From the NCBI GenBank assembly GCA_026991215.1, contig JALXBY010000244.1, positions 1-50,296 on the forward strand: a DNA stretch of 50,296 nt, in the 5' to 3' direction. A model generated the notes under the pieces. It had not been told where the DNA came from. It saw only the letters and a program-made list of their open reading frames with translations, and made no database searches. Positions 15,589 through 23,651 of the stretch are shown here, piece after piece. Both the position numbers and the translations under genes were made by a program. Origin of the DNA: Anaerolineales bacterium (GTDB lineage Bacteria > Chloroflexota > Anaerolineae > Anaerolineales > DRMV01). Every line of letters starts with the position of its first letter. The stretch's first letter is position 1.

Positions 15589-15987
15589 ATGCTCATCCTC
15601 AACTTTGCCCACCCCCTGACCGACGAACACCTGGCGCAAATCGAGAAACTCACAGGCCAGAAGCCCGAGCGGGTGGTAGTCATCAACAGCCAGATTGACC
15701 CTCAGCAGCCCCTGGCACCACAAGTCTCGGCCATGGCCGATGCTGCGGGATTGACCCCTGAAGAGTGGCAAACCCTTCCCCTCCTCATCAACCCGCCCGC
15801 GCTCAACTTTAGCGCGGTCGCGCTCATCGCGGAATTGCACGGACGCATGGGCTACTTCCCGCCCTGCATCCGCATGCGGCCCGTGGTCGGCCCAGACGGC
15901 CAGCGTGTGGTTCCGCCCCGCTTCGAGGTGGCGGAGATTTTGAACCTGCAGGCCATTCGGGATGAGGCGCGCAGGTCCCGTGCATAG
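15589..15987 (+). CDS. Small CRISPR-associated protein, possibly Csx15 family (candidate ring nuclease)
   Basis: This 132-aa ORF is the last gene of the operon. From memory, MLILNFAHPLTDEHLAQIEKLTG...LIAELHGRMGYFP...FEVAEILNLQAIRDEAR resembles the cyanobacterial Csx15-type proteins that accompany type III loci. This has not been verified. Confidence 0.4.
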   Translation: MLILNFAHPLTDEHLAQIEKLTGQKPERVVVINSQIDPQQPLAPQVSAMADAAGLTPEEWQTLPLLINPPALNFSAVALIAELHGRMGYFPPCIRMRPVVGPDGQRVVPPRFEVAEILNLQAIRDEARRSRA

Positions 15988-16014
15988 CCAGCCGCAGAAG
16001 GCAGTGCGCGCCCA

Positions 16015-17517
16015 TCAATGCCGGAAGTGCCGCACACCGGTGAACACCATGGCCAGGCCCAGGCGGTCCGCGGCTGCGATGACTTCTTTATCCCGAATGG
16101 AGCCGCCGGGCTGAATCACCGCGGTGACGCCGGCTTTGGCCGCCTCTTCCACGCCGTCCGGGAAGGGGAAGAAGGCATCCGAGGCCAGCACCGCGCCCCG
16201 GGCCCGTTCGCCCGCGCGCATGACCGCCAGACGCACCGCGTCCACCCGGTTGGGCTGGCCCCCGCCAATGCCCACGGTGGCCCGGTTCTTGACCAGGACC
16301 ACCGCGTTGGAAAGTACCGGCTGCACCGCCAGCCAGGCAAAGCGCAGGTCCTCCCATTCGGCCTCGGTCGGCTCCCGGCGGGTGACCACCTGCCAGGTGG
16401 TTCCTTCGGGGTCGCCGGGGTCGTCGTCCTGGCGGAGCATCCCCCCAAGGACCGAACGCCAGCGGGCTTCGGCCGGCGGCGCCTCAGGCAACGCCAGCAC
16501 CCGCAGGTTCTTGCGCCGCTGCAGGATTTCCAGCGCGCCCTCGGTGAAGTCGGGCGCGGCCAGCACCTCGATGAACAGGGTCCACATGGCCTGGGCCGCG
16601 GCCTCGTCCAGGGTGGTGTTCACCGCAATCACGCTGCCGAAGGCAGAAACCGGGTCCGAGGCCAGGGCCTTGCGGAAGGCCTCCGCGACGGTGCTCCCGG
16701 TGGCCAGCCCACACGGGGAGGCGTGTTTGACGATGACCACGCCAGGTTTGGGCAGCCGCTGCACCGCGCGCCAGGCCGCGTCCAGGTCCACCAGGTTGTT
16801 GAAGGAAAGGGGTTTGCCTTCCTTGAGCACCCGGCCGCCCAGGATGCCTGCCTCGGGCTGCAGGCTCCAGAGTTCGGCCTGCTGGTGGGGGTTTTCCCCA
16901 TAGCGCAACACCCGCTGACGGTAAAGGGGCAGCGCGGTGAACGCGCCTTCCGAAAGGTAGTGGGCAATGGCCGCATCGTACGCGGTGCTCCGGGCAAAGG
17001 CTTTCCAGGCCAGGCCGCGGCGGGTGGCCAGGGTGGTTTCCCCCTGGGTTTCGAGTTCGTGCAACACGGGGGCCGCATCCTGGGGGTCCACCAACACGGT
17101 GACGTGGGGGAAGTTCTTGGCCGCGGCCCGCAGCAGCGCGACCCCGCCAATGTCGATGTGTTCCAGCACGGTCTCCAGGGAAGCCTCCGGCTGGCGGATG
17201 ACCTCCTGGAAGGGGTACAGGGAGACGGCCACCAGGTCGATGCGCGGGGCCTGCAGGCGCTCCAGGTCGGCCTGGTCCTGGGGCAGGTCCCGGGCCAGGA
17301 TGCCCGCGAACACCTTAGGGTGCAGGGTTTTCACCCGGCCCTCCAGCAAGGGGGGCACCTGGGTGAGGTCCGTGATGGTCCGGGCGGGGATGCCGTGTTC
17401 GGCCAGCCAGCGGGCCGTGCCTTCTGAGGCTATCAGGGACCAACCCAGGCGGTGCAGGCCCTGGGCCAGGGGGAGCCAGGGGTCCTTTTCCCAGAAGGAA
17501 AGCAGAGCCAGGGGCAT
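16015..17517 (-). CDS. purH: Bifunctional AICAR transformylase / IMP cyclohydrolase
   Basis: Motifs present are the MGS-like N-terminus (GTARWLAEHGIPARTITDLT...EGRVKTLHPKVFAGILAR), YGENPHQ, LSFNNLVDLDAA, KHASPCG and QPGGSIRD. The start is placed at the MPLALLSF ATG, with GGAGG 7 nt upstream. Confidence 0.93.
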   Translation of the reverse strand: MPLALLSFWEKDPWLPLAQGLHRLGWSLIASEGTARWLAEHGIPARTITDLTQVPPLLEGRVKTLHPKVFAGILARDLPQDQADLERLQAPRIDLVAVSLYPFQEVIRQPEASLETVLEHIDIGGVALLRAAAKNFPHVTVLVDPQDAAPVLHELETQGETTLATRRGLAWKAFARSTAYDAAIAHYLSEGAFTALPLYRQRVLRYGENPHQQAELWSLQPEAGILGGRVLKEGKPLSFNNLVDLDAAWRAVQRLPKPGVVIVKHASPCGLATGSTVAEAFRKALASDPVSAFGSVIAVNTTLDEAAAQAMWTLFIEVLAAPDFTEGALEILQRRKNLRVLALPEAPPAEARWRSVLGGMLRQDDDPGDPEGTTWQVVTRREPTEAEWEDLRFAWLAVQPVLSNAVVLVKNRATVGIGGGQPNRVDAVRLAVMRAGERARGAVLASDAFFPFPDGVEEAAKAGVTAVIQPGGSIRDKEVIAAADRLGLAMVFTGVRHFRH

Positions 17518-17644
17518 GGCGCAACCTCCACAGGGCAGGGATGGACGCGCAAGGGGTCGGGACACAGGTCAGGGGGACCGGCCCCCGAAACACGGGGCAA
17601 GTATACTTGAATCAGCCTTTCCAGGAGGCATGCCCATGGACGTC

Positions 17645-17944
17645 AAGACCGAAGTGTACACCTGCCCCCGTTGCGGCAAAGCCATCCACATCCCCACGGG
17701 GGACTGCCCCTACTGCGGCTACCACCTGGACCTGAAGCCCCAGGACGTGTTGCGCATTCTGCGGAGCAACCCCGCGGTGCGCTACGTGCGGGTGGTGGTC
17801 AGCGATGACGCCTGCGCAGCCTGCCGTTTTGTTGAGGGCACGTATCCCAAGGAAGAAGCGCCGGAACTGCCGGTCCCGGATTGTTCCCACCCCCTGGGTT
17901 GCCGCTGCACCTACGAACCGTTGCTGGAGGATATCTTCCCGTAA
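17645..17944 (+). CDS. Small zinc-ribbon protein (99 aa)
   Basis: The sequence is MDVKTEVYTCPRCGKAIHIPTGDCPYCGYHL...CAACRF...CSHPLGCRC. AGGAGG lies 7 nt upstream. The reading frame is embedded in a long spurious track ORF (16967..17944). Confidence 0.6.
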   Translation, partial: KTEVYTCPRCGKAIHIPTGDCPYCGYHLDLKPQDVLRILRSNPAVRYVRVVVSDDACAACRFVEGTYPKEEAPELPVPDCSHPLGCRCTYEPLLEDIFP

Positions 17945-19425
17945 TCCGGCCCCTGGGTTTGCAGCCAGGCACGGACCCAGTCCAGGGCCTGTTCCCGGGT
18001 GGTCACCTCGCCGGCGACCTGGGCCTCTTTCAGGGCTTCGAGAATCCGGCCCAGGAGGGGGCCCGGGCTCAGGCCCAGGGCCTGCATCAGGTCATGGCCC
18101 CGGAGCAGGGGCACCGGGTCCACCCACGTCTCCCGGTGTTCCCACCAGGCCTCCCACATGCGGCGGACCACATCCACCTGGTGGTTCCAGGCCGAACGGG
18201 GGACCTTGAGGCCGGCTTTGGCCCGGAAATCGGCCAGGTGGAGCAGCCCAAGGGCCACCCCTGCTTCGCCGGCCGTACGGTAGAAGCGATACAGGTCCAC
18301 CGGCTCCGGAAGCGTCCCTTTCTGGTAACGCCGGGGCCACATGTGCTGCCCTACGAAGCGGCCCAGCCAGCGGACCTCTTCCCGGGCCAGGCGCAAGGCC
18401 CTGGCCCGTTCCTCGATGATGACCCGGCCGGCCCGGGCGTGGGCTTCGGGGTCGGGATGCAGGACCGGTACCTGCTGTTTGCCCACGTCGTGATACAGCA
18501 CCCCCAGTTTGAGCAGGCCCAGCCGCGGGCGGAAGCCGGCCATCTCTTCCCGCAGGTAGTCGGCCAGCCGGTGGCGGTAACGGCCCAGCCGCCAGGAGAC
18601 CTGGGCCAAAAAGACGTTGGCCACCTTGTCCGGGTCGTAGGGGGGCAGCAGCGCGTCCAGCAGGTCCTGCAGGTGTTCCAGCGTATGCAGGGTATGGTCC
18701 CACAGGGTCCGGTCCTCGCCGTAACTGGGGGGCAGGGCCACTTCGGTCATGGCCTCGGCTTCGGGGAGCACCGGCGCCAGCCCGTTCAACCGCTGTAGCA
18801 GCCGCAGGGCCGAAGGGAAGGCCCGGAGGCCCAAAAGCCGGAAGAGTTCGTCCCGTACACGTTCGGGGGAAACCAGGGTGAGCCGGGCCGCGGCCAGTCG
18901 CAGGGCCTTGCGGGTTTCGGGCAGGATGGTCAGGTTCAACTCCAGCGCGAAGCGAACGGCCCGGAGCACCCGCACGGGGTCGTCCAGCGCGGCCTGGGGG
19001 TAGCACAGGCGCAACCGGCGGTCCTTGAGGTCCTGCAGGCCGTGGGTGGGGTCGATGAGGCGGTGGGGCTGCAGGGGGTCTACGGCCAGGGCGTTGATGG
19101 TGAAGTCCCGCAGGCGGAGGTCGTCCTCTAAGGTCGGGCCCCGGTAGGCCGCGAAGTCCAGCACCCGCCGACCCTGGGCGGTCTGGAGGATGACGCGGGC
19201 CACGTCCCGCTCCGGGTCCAGGGGGAAGACATCGGCCTGCAGGTGCCGGGCCACGTGCCGGGCCCAGCCCAGGGCGCCATGGGGCAGCACGAAGTCCATA
19301 TCGACCACAGGCCGCTGCAAGAGCCAATCCCGGACCGCGCCGCCCACCAGGTGCACGGGCAGGTCGGCCGGCAGGAGCCGGCGCACCTCAACGGCCAGTT
19401 CGGGCAGGGGGTGCAGCGTACTCAA
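17911..19425 (-). CDS. CCA-adding enzyme / poly(A) polymerase-family nucleotidyltransferase with HD domain
   Basis: The head motif is VHLVGGAVRDWLLQRPVVDMDFV and the HD motif is LGVLYHDVGK. The start is proposed at a TTG overlapping the hpt stop (TTGA). The 65 codons upstream in the track ORF overlap hpt and look spurious. Confidence 0.8.
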   Translation of the reverse strand: MSTLHPLPELAVEVRRLLPADLPVHLVGGAVRDWLLQRPVVDMDFVLPHGALGWARHVARHLQADVFPLDPERDVARVILQTAQGRRVLDFAAYRGPTLEDDLRLRDFTINALAVDPLQPHRLIDPTHGLQDLKDRRLRLCYPQAALDDPVRVLRAVRFALELNLTILPETRKALRLAAARLTLVSPERVRDELFRLLGLRAFPSALRLLQRLNGLAPVLPEAEAMTEVALPPSYGEDRTLWDHTLHTLEHLQDLLDALLPPYDPDKVANVFLAQVSWRLGRYRHRLADYLREEMAGFRPRLGLLKLGVLYHDVGKQQVPVLHPDPEAHARAGRVIIEERARALRLAREEVRWLGRFVGQHMWPRRYQKGTLPEPVDLYRFYRTAGEAGVALGLLHLADFRAKAGLKVPRSAWNHQVDVVRRMWEAWWEHRETWVDPVPLLRGHDLMQALGLSPGPLLGRILEALKEAQVAGEVTTREQALDWVRAWLQTQGPDYGKISSSNGS

Positions 19426-20012
19426 TCCTTTTCCTCCCCAGGCAGGGTACGCGGGGGCCGGTACTTGTTCAGGTCCGGCACCGCGATGAAGGGGAGGTTG
19501 CGCCAGTAGCCGTCCATATCCAGCCCATAGCCGAACACGAAGTAATTGGGGATTTCGAACCCCCGGTAGTGGATGGGTACGTCCACTTCCCGGCGGGCCC
19601 GCTTGTCCAACAGGACGCACACCCGGATGGACTTGGGCTGCCGCACCTCCAGCAGGCGGAGCACCTGGGAGATGGTGTGGCCGGTATCGATGATGTCTTC
19701 GACCAGGATGACGTGCCGGTCCCGGATGGAACTCTGCAGGTCCATGGTGAGGCGGATTTCGCCTGGCTCGCGGCGGCCCACGCCGTAGGACTGGATGGCC
19801 ATGAAGTCGATTTCATGGGGGATGCGCAGGTAGCGCACCAGGTCGGTGAGGAACATCACGCCGCCCCGCAAGATGCAGACCAGCAGGGGGACCTTGCCTT
19901 CGTAGTCCCGGTTGATTTCCTCGGCCAGTTCCGCGATGCGCTGCTGGAGCACGTCTTCGGGAATCAGGATTTCCTTAAGGTACTCCCGGTAGTCCTGCAC
20001 CATCCTGGTCAT
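19422..20012 (-). CDS. hpt: Hypoxanthine-guanine phosphoribosyltransferase
   Basis: Motifs present are [12 protein letters not shown], the PRPP loop [14 protein letters not shown] and [24 protein letters not shown]. Confidence 0.92.
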   Translation of the reverse strand: MTRMVQDYREYLKEILIPEDVLQQRIAELAEEINRDYEGKVPLLVCILRGGVMFLTDLVRYLRIPHEIDFMAIQSYGVGRREPGEIRLTMDLQSSIRDRHVILVEDIIDTGHTISQVLRLLEVRQPKSIRVCVLLDKRARREVDVPIHYRGFEIPNYFVFGYGLDMDGYWRNLPFIAVPDLNKYRPPRTLPGEEKD

Positions 20013-20607
20013 GGTCCTTCTCCTCCTTCACGGGCGGAAGCACTCGGTGGTGGGCGCGGCAGCGGGGTTCGTACAGTTCCTGCGCGCCCACCAGCACCAC
20101 GGGGTCGTCGTACCGGGCCGGACGGCCGTCGATCAACCGCTGGGAGCGGGTCGCGGGGCCCCCGCAGACCATGCAAATCGCGTGGAGTTTGGTGACCTCG
20201 TCGGCCAGGGCCAGCAGCAGGGGCATGGGGCCGAAGGGCTCGCCCCGGAAGTCCATATCCAGGCCGCTGACGATGACCCGCAGGCCCCGGTCCGTGAGTT
20301 TCCGCACCACGTCCACGATGGTCTCGTCGAAGAACTGGGCTTCGTCGATGGCCACCACCCGGGTTTCGGGCTTCAGGTGGCGGAAGACTTCTTCTGGGCG
20401 GGCGATGGGGATGGCTTCAAACCGGGCCCCCGCGTGGGAGGCAACTTGCTTGCGGTCGTAACGGTTGTCCAGCAGGGGTTTGAAGACCTGAACGGGTTGG
20501 CGGGCAATCCGGGCGCGGCGCAACCGGCGGATGAGTTCTTCGGTCTTGCCGCTGAACATGGGTCCGGTGATGACCTCAAGCCAGCCATGGATAAGGCCAT
20601 GGTCCAT
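19975..20607 (-). CDS. tdk: Thymidine kinase
   Basis: Motifs present are the P-loop [23 protein letters not shown] and the Zn ribbon [13 protein letters not shown]...CRAHH. The start is at MDHGLIHG, with GGAGGAG 9 nt upstream. The 3' end overlaps hpt by 38 nt. Confidence 0.9.
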   Translation of the reverse strand: MDHGLIHGWLEVITGPMFSGKTEELIRRLRRARIARQPVQVFKPLLDNRYDRKQVASHAGARFEAIPIARPEEVFRHLKPETRVVAIDEAQFFDETIVDVVRKLTDRGLRVIVSGLDMDFRGEPFGPMPLLLALADEVTKLHAICMVCGGPATRSQRLIDGRPARYDDPVVLVGAQELYEPRCRAHHRVLPPVKEEKDHDQDGAGLPGVP

Positions 20608-20653
20608 GCGTTCAGCCTCCTCCACGATGGGGTGCCTTCGATTGTACTTGATG

Positions 20654-20716
20654 TGGTTGGTGGTCGATGGTCGATGGTCGTTGGTCGTTGGTCGGTGGTC
20701 GGTGGTCGTTCGTCGG
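20654..20716. repeat. Heptanucleotide tandem repeat, 9 units (TGGTTGG TGGTCGA x2 TGGTCGT x2 TGGTCGG x2 TGGTCGT TCGTCGG)
   Basis: Read directly and period exactly 7. It lies in the divergent tdk / pfpI-like intergenic region. Confidence 0.9.
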
Positions 20717-20757
20717 GGGAGGGCAGTGCCCGCCCCTGAGGTGGGGGAAGGGCCAGG

Positions 20758-20763
20758 TATAAT
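20758..20763 (+). promoter_or_regulatory. Consensus TATAAT -10 hexamer, candidate promoter of the PfpI-like gene
   Basis: TATAAT lies 90 nt upstream of the ATG at 20853. No convincing -35 is visible. Confidence 0.25.
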
Positions 20764-20852
20764 CGCCAGGGGTTGTGAAGCCATCCGCGAGGGGGCCGGA
20801 TAGCGGGCGTGAACGCCTGAGGCCCCGAAGCCCATTCCATAAGGAGGCGTGT

Positions 20853-21377
20853 ATGACGTTGCAGGGCAAGCGCGTGGTCGTGCTGGTCGAAGAGGGGTTT
20901 GAGGACCTGGAGTTCTGGGTGCCCCGGATGCGCCTGGAAGAGGCCGGTGCGGAGGTCATCGTGGCCAGCCGCAAGCCCGGCACCTACCGGGGCAAGCACT
21001 GCCTGACCGCGACCGCGACGGTCGCCGCGAAGGACCTTTCCCCCAACGATGTGGACGCGGTGGTGGTACCCGGCGGCTGGGCGCCGGATAAACTCCGCCG
21101 CGACCCCGGCGTGCTGGATTTGGTCCGGGGGGTGTACCAGCAGGGCAAAATCGTGGCCAGCATCTGCCATGGCGGTTGGGTGCTGATTTCCGCAGGCATC
21201 GTGGCCGGGCACCGGGCCACGGGTTCGGTGGGCATCCGCGACGACCTCATCAACGCCGGGGCCACCTGGGTGGACGAACCCGCCTTCCAGGAGGGCAACC
21301 TGGTCTGGGGCCGGGTGGTCCAGGACATCCCCGCCTTCTGCCGGATCCTCATCCAGGCCCTGGAACAGGCGAAGTGA
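20853..21377 (+). CDS. DJ-1/PfpI-family protein (intracellular protease/deglycase-like)
   Basis: Motifs present are [28 protein letters not shown] and the nucleophile elbow [21 protein letters not shown] lies 5 nt upstream of the chosen ATG. Confidence 0.88.
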   Translation: MTLQGKRVVVLVEEGFEDLEFWVPRMRLEEAGAEVIVASRKPGTYRGKHCLTATATVAAKDLSPNDVDAVVVPGGWAPDKLRRDPGVLDLVRGVYQQGKIVASICHGGWVLISAGIVAGHRATGSVGIRDDLINAGATWVDEPAFQEGNLVWGRVVQDIPAFCRILIQALEQAK

Positions 21378-21387
21378 CGGCGGGCGG

Positions 21388-21478
21388 CAGTCCGCAGTCA
21401 GCGGTCGGCAGTCGGCGGTCGGCTAACTGCTAACTGCTAACGGCCAACGACCATCGACTAACGACCATCGACGAATGA
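21388..21478. repeat. Heptanucleotide tandem repeat, 13 drifting units (CAGTCCG CAGTCAG CGGTCGG CAGTCGG CGGTCGG CTAACTG x2 CTAACGG CCAACGA CCATCGA CTAACGA CCATCGA CGAATGA)
   Basis: Read directly and period 7 throughout. It fills the gap between the PfpI-like gene and the COG2403 gene. Confidence 0.9.
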
Positions 21479-21495
21479 CGAAGGAGGAATCTCCA

Positions 21496-22842
21496 ATGAC
21501 CCAACGGGAAAGCGCAAGGCCCCGAAGGGTGGTCATTCTGGGCGCGGCAGGCCGGGATTTCCACAACTTCAACGTGTTCTTCCGGGAGAACCCTGCCTAC
21601 CACGTGGTGGCCTTTACCGCGACGCAGATTCCCAACATCGAAGGCCGTCGGTACCCGCCGGAACTCGCGGGACCCCGTTACCCCGAAGGCATCCCCATCT
21701 ACCCCGAAAGCGACCTCCCCCGCTTGATTCGGGAGCACGACATCGACGTCGCGGTCTTTTCCTACAGCGACGTCTCCCATGAATACGTGATGCACCGCGC
21801 GGCCATAGCCCAGGCCGCGGGCGCGGATTTCTGGCTGCTGGGGCCAAAGCGCACCCAACTCAAGGCGGCAAAGCCCGTGGTCGCGGTCACCGCGGTGCGC
21901 ACGGGCGCGGGCAAAAGCCCGACCACCCGCCGGGTGGCCCGCCTGCTCCGTGATTGGGGTTACCGGGTGGTCATCGTCCGGCATCCCATGCCCTATGGCG
22001 ACCTCCGCAAGCAGGTAGTGCAGCGCTTCGCCACCTTCGAGGACCTGGACCGCTACGAGTGCACCATCGAGGAACGGGAGGAGTACGAGCCGCACCTGCG
22101 CAACGGCATGGTGGTGTACGCAGGCGTGGACTATGCCCGCATCCTGGAACAGGCCCAGGCCGAGGCTGACGTCATCCTCTGGGACGGGGGCAACAACGAC
22201 CTGCCCTTCTTCGTGCCCGACGTGCACATCGTGGTGGCCGACCCCTTGCGCAAGGGCCATGAGGCCACCTATTACCCTGGCGAGACCAACGCGCGCATGG
22301 CCCACATCGCGGTCATCACCAAGGTGGATACCGCGGCCTACGAGGACGTGCTGGCCGTGCGGCAGCGCCTTCTGGAACTGAACCCGGACCTGCGCATCGT
22401 CGAGGCCGCGATGCCCTTTACGCTGGAAGGGGACGTGCACGCGGTCATGGGCCGCCGCGTGCTGGCCGTGGAAGACGGCCCCACGGTGACCCACGGTGAG
22501 ATGGGCTACGGCGCGGCGTACCTGGCCGCGCGGCGCTTCCATGCCCAACCGGTGGACCCCAGGCCCTTCGCGGTGGGTTCGATTCGTGAAGCCTACGAGC
22601 GTTACCCTCACCTGGGGCCGGTGCTCCCTGCCCTGGGGTATGGCCGGGAGCAGATTCGGGAACTGGAGGCGACCATCCGCCGCGCCCAGGTGGACGCGGT
22701 GCTCGCGGCCACGCCCATCGACCTGCGGCGGGTGGTGCAGGTGGACGTGCCCGTGTTCCCCGTACGGTACGAACTGCAAGAGATTGGCCAGCCCACGTTG
22801 GCGGAACTCCTCAAAGGCATGCTCCCCCGCGAGCAGGATTAA
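21496..22842 (+). CDS. COG2403-type P-loop protein (cyclic 2,3-diphosphoglycerate synthetase-like / predicted GTPase)
   Basis: Motifs present are VVILGAAGRDFHNFNVFFRENP...FTATQIP, the P-loop AVRTGAGKSPTTR, VRHPMPYGDL, CTIEEREEYEP and WDGGNNDLPF. The family is recalled from memory. The start is set at the second ATG, with AAGGAGGA 7 nt upstream. Confidence 0.6.
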   Translation: MTQRESARPRRVVILGAAGRDFHNFNVFFRENPAYHVVAFTATQIPNIEGRRYPPELAGPRYPEGIPIYPESDLPRLIREHDIDVAVFSYSDVSHEYVMHRAAIAQAAGADFWLLGPKRTQLKAAKPVVAVTAVRTGAGKSPTTRRVARLLRDWGYRVVIVRHPMPYGDLRKQVVQRFATFEDLDRYECTIEEREEYEPHLRNGMVVYAGVDYARILEQAQAEADVILWDGGNNDLPFFVPDVHIVVADPLRKGHEATYYPGETNARMAHIAVITKVDTAAYEDVLAVRQRLLELNPDLRIVEAAMPFTLEGDVHAVMGRRVLAVEDGPTVTHGEMGYGAAYLAARRFHAQPVDPRPFAVGSIREAYERYPHLGPVLPALGYGREQIRELEATIRRAQVDAVLAATPIDLRRVVQVDVPVFPVRYELQEIGQPTLAELLKGMLPREQD

Positions 22843-22863
22843 AGGCCCTTCAGGACCTATGGG

Positions 22864-23571
22864 ATGAGCACCGCGGCCCCGCTCCCCCTGCCCGAACGGG
22901 ACGAGGACTGGCAACGACGCCTGGCCGCGCTGAGCCAGGCCGCCCGCCACCTGCCCTGGCTGGGCCCGCCGGGTTCGGAACGTACCGCACGACCGGCCGC
23001 GGTGCTGGTCCCCCTGCTTCGGCATGAGGGCATCTGGCACCTGCTTTTCATCCGGCGGGCCCGGCACGAACACGACCCCCACAGCGGCCAGGTCTCCTTC
23101 CCTGGCGGCCGGGTGGAACCCCAGGACCCTTCGCCAGAGGCCACCGCGCTGCGGGAGGCCGCGGAGGAAATCGGGCTGCGGCCCCAGGACGTGCGGGTGC
23201 TGGGCCGGCTGCCCCGGGTCCGCACGGTGACCGATTACCTGGTCACGCCGGTGGTGGGGCGCATCCCCTGGCCGTACCCCCTCCGGCCGGCCCAGGAGGA
23301 AGTGGCCGAGGTGTTCACCGTGCCCCTGGACTGGCTGGCCCGGCCGGAGCACCGGGTGCAGGTCTGGCGGGCCCTGCCGGGCGCGAGGCCCTACCCCGTG
23401 TTCTTCTTTCACCCCTATGGCCCCCAGGAACACGTTATCTGGGGGGCCACGGCTCGCATGGTGCTCGCGCTCCTGGCCGCCCTGGACCTGCTGGACCCCA
23501 CCACAACCCAGGCCCTGGGCCTCAACCCCCAATCCACCATCGACCAACGACCATCGACCACCAACCACTGA
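22864..23571 (+). CDS. Nudix hydrolase (CoA pyrophosphatase-like)
   Basis: The Nudix box is GGRVEPQDPSPEATALREAAEEIGL. The last roughly 12 codons read through a heptamer repeat tract. Confidence 0.85.
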   Translation: MSTAAPLPLPERDEDWQRRLAALSQAARHLPWLGPPGSERTARPAAVLVPLLRHEGIWHLLFIRRARHEHDPHSGQVSFPGGRVEPQDPSPEATALREAAEEIGLRPQDVRVLGRLPRVRTVTDYLVTPVVGRIPWPYPLRPAQEEVAEVFTVPLDWLARPEHRVQVWRALPGARPYPVFFFHPYGPQEHVIWGATARMVLALLAALDLLDPTTTQALGLNPQSTIDQRPSTTNH

Positions 23572-23627
23572 CGACCACCGACGATCGACCACTGACGACC
23601 ATCGACCAACGACCATCGACTGATAAA
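23534..23627. repeat. Heptanucleotide tandem repeat, about 13 units (CCATCGA CCAACGA CCATCGA CCACCAA CCACTGA ...)
   Basis: Read directly. It is the reverse-complement family of the 20654 tract (NCGACCA vs TGGTCGN). It overlaps the 3' end of the Nudix gene. Confidence 0.85.
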
Positions 23628-23651
23628 TCGATGAAAATTCCGGTTCGAGGC

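Noticed and set aside
18478-18507. The HD motif (LGVLYHDVGK) as the missing Cas10/Cas3-type HD nuclease of the CRISPR system
   Set aside because: It belongs to the HD domain of the CCA-adding / poly(A) polymerase-family enzyme, which has a GGAVRD...DMD head domain upstream. It lies in a high-GC housekeeping operon 2.5 kb outside the island.
20654-23627. The tandem repeat tracts might be a CRISPR array for the orphan type III locus
   Set aside because: The period is exactly 7 nt with no spacers and the units are degenerate. CRISPR repeats are roughly 24-48 nt and are separated by unique spacers of similar size. No such structure exists anywhere in the unique 25.1 kb.
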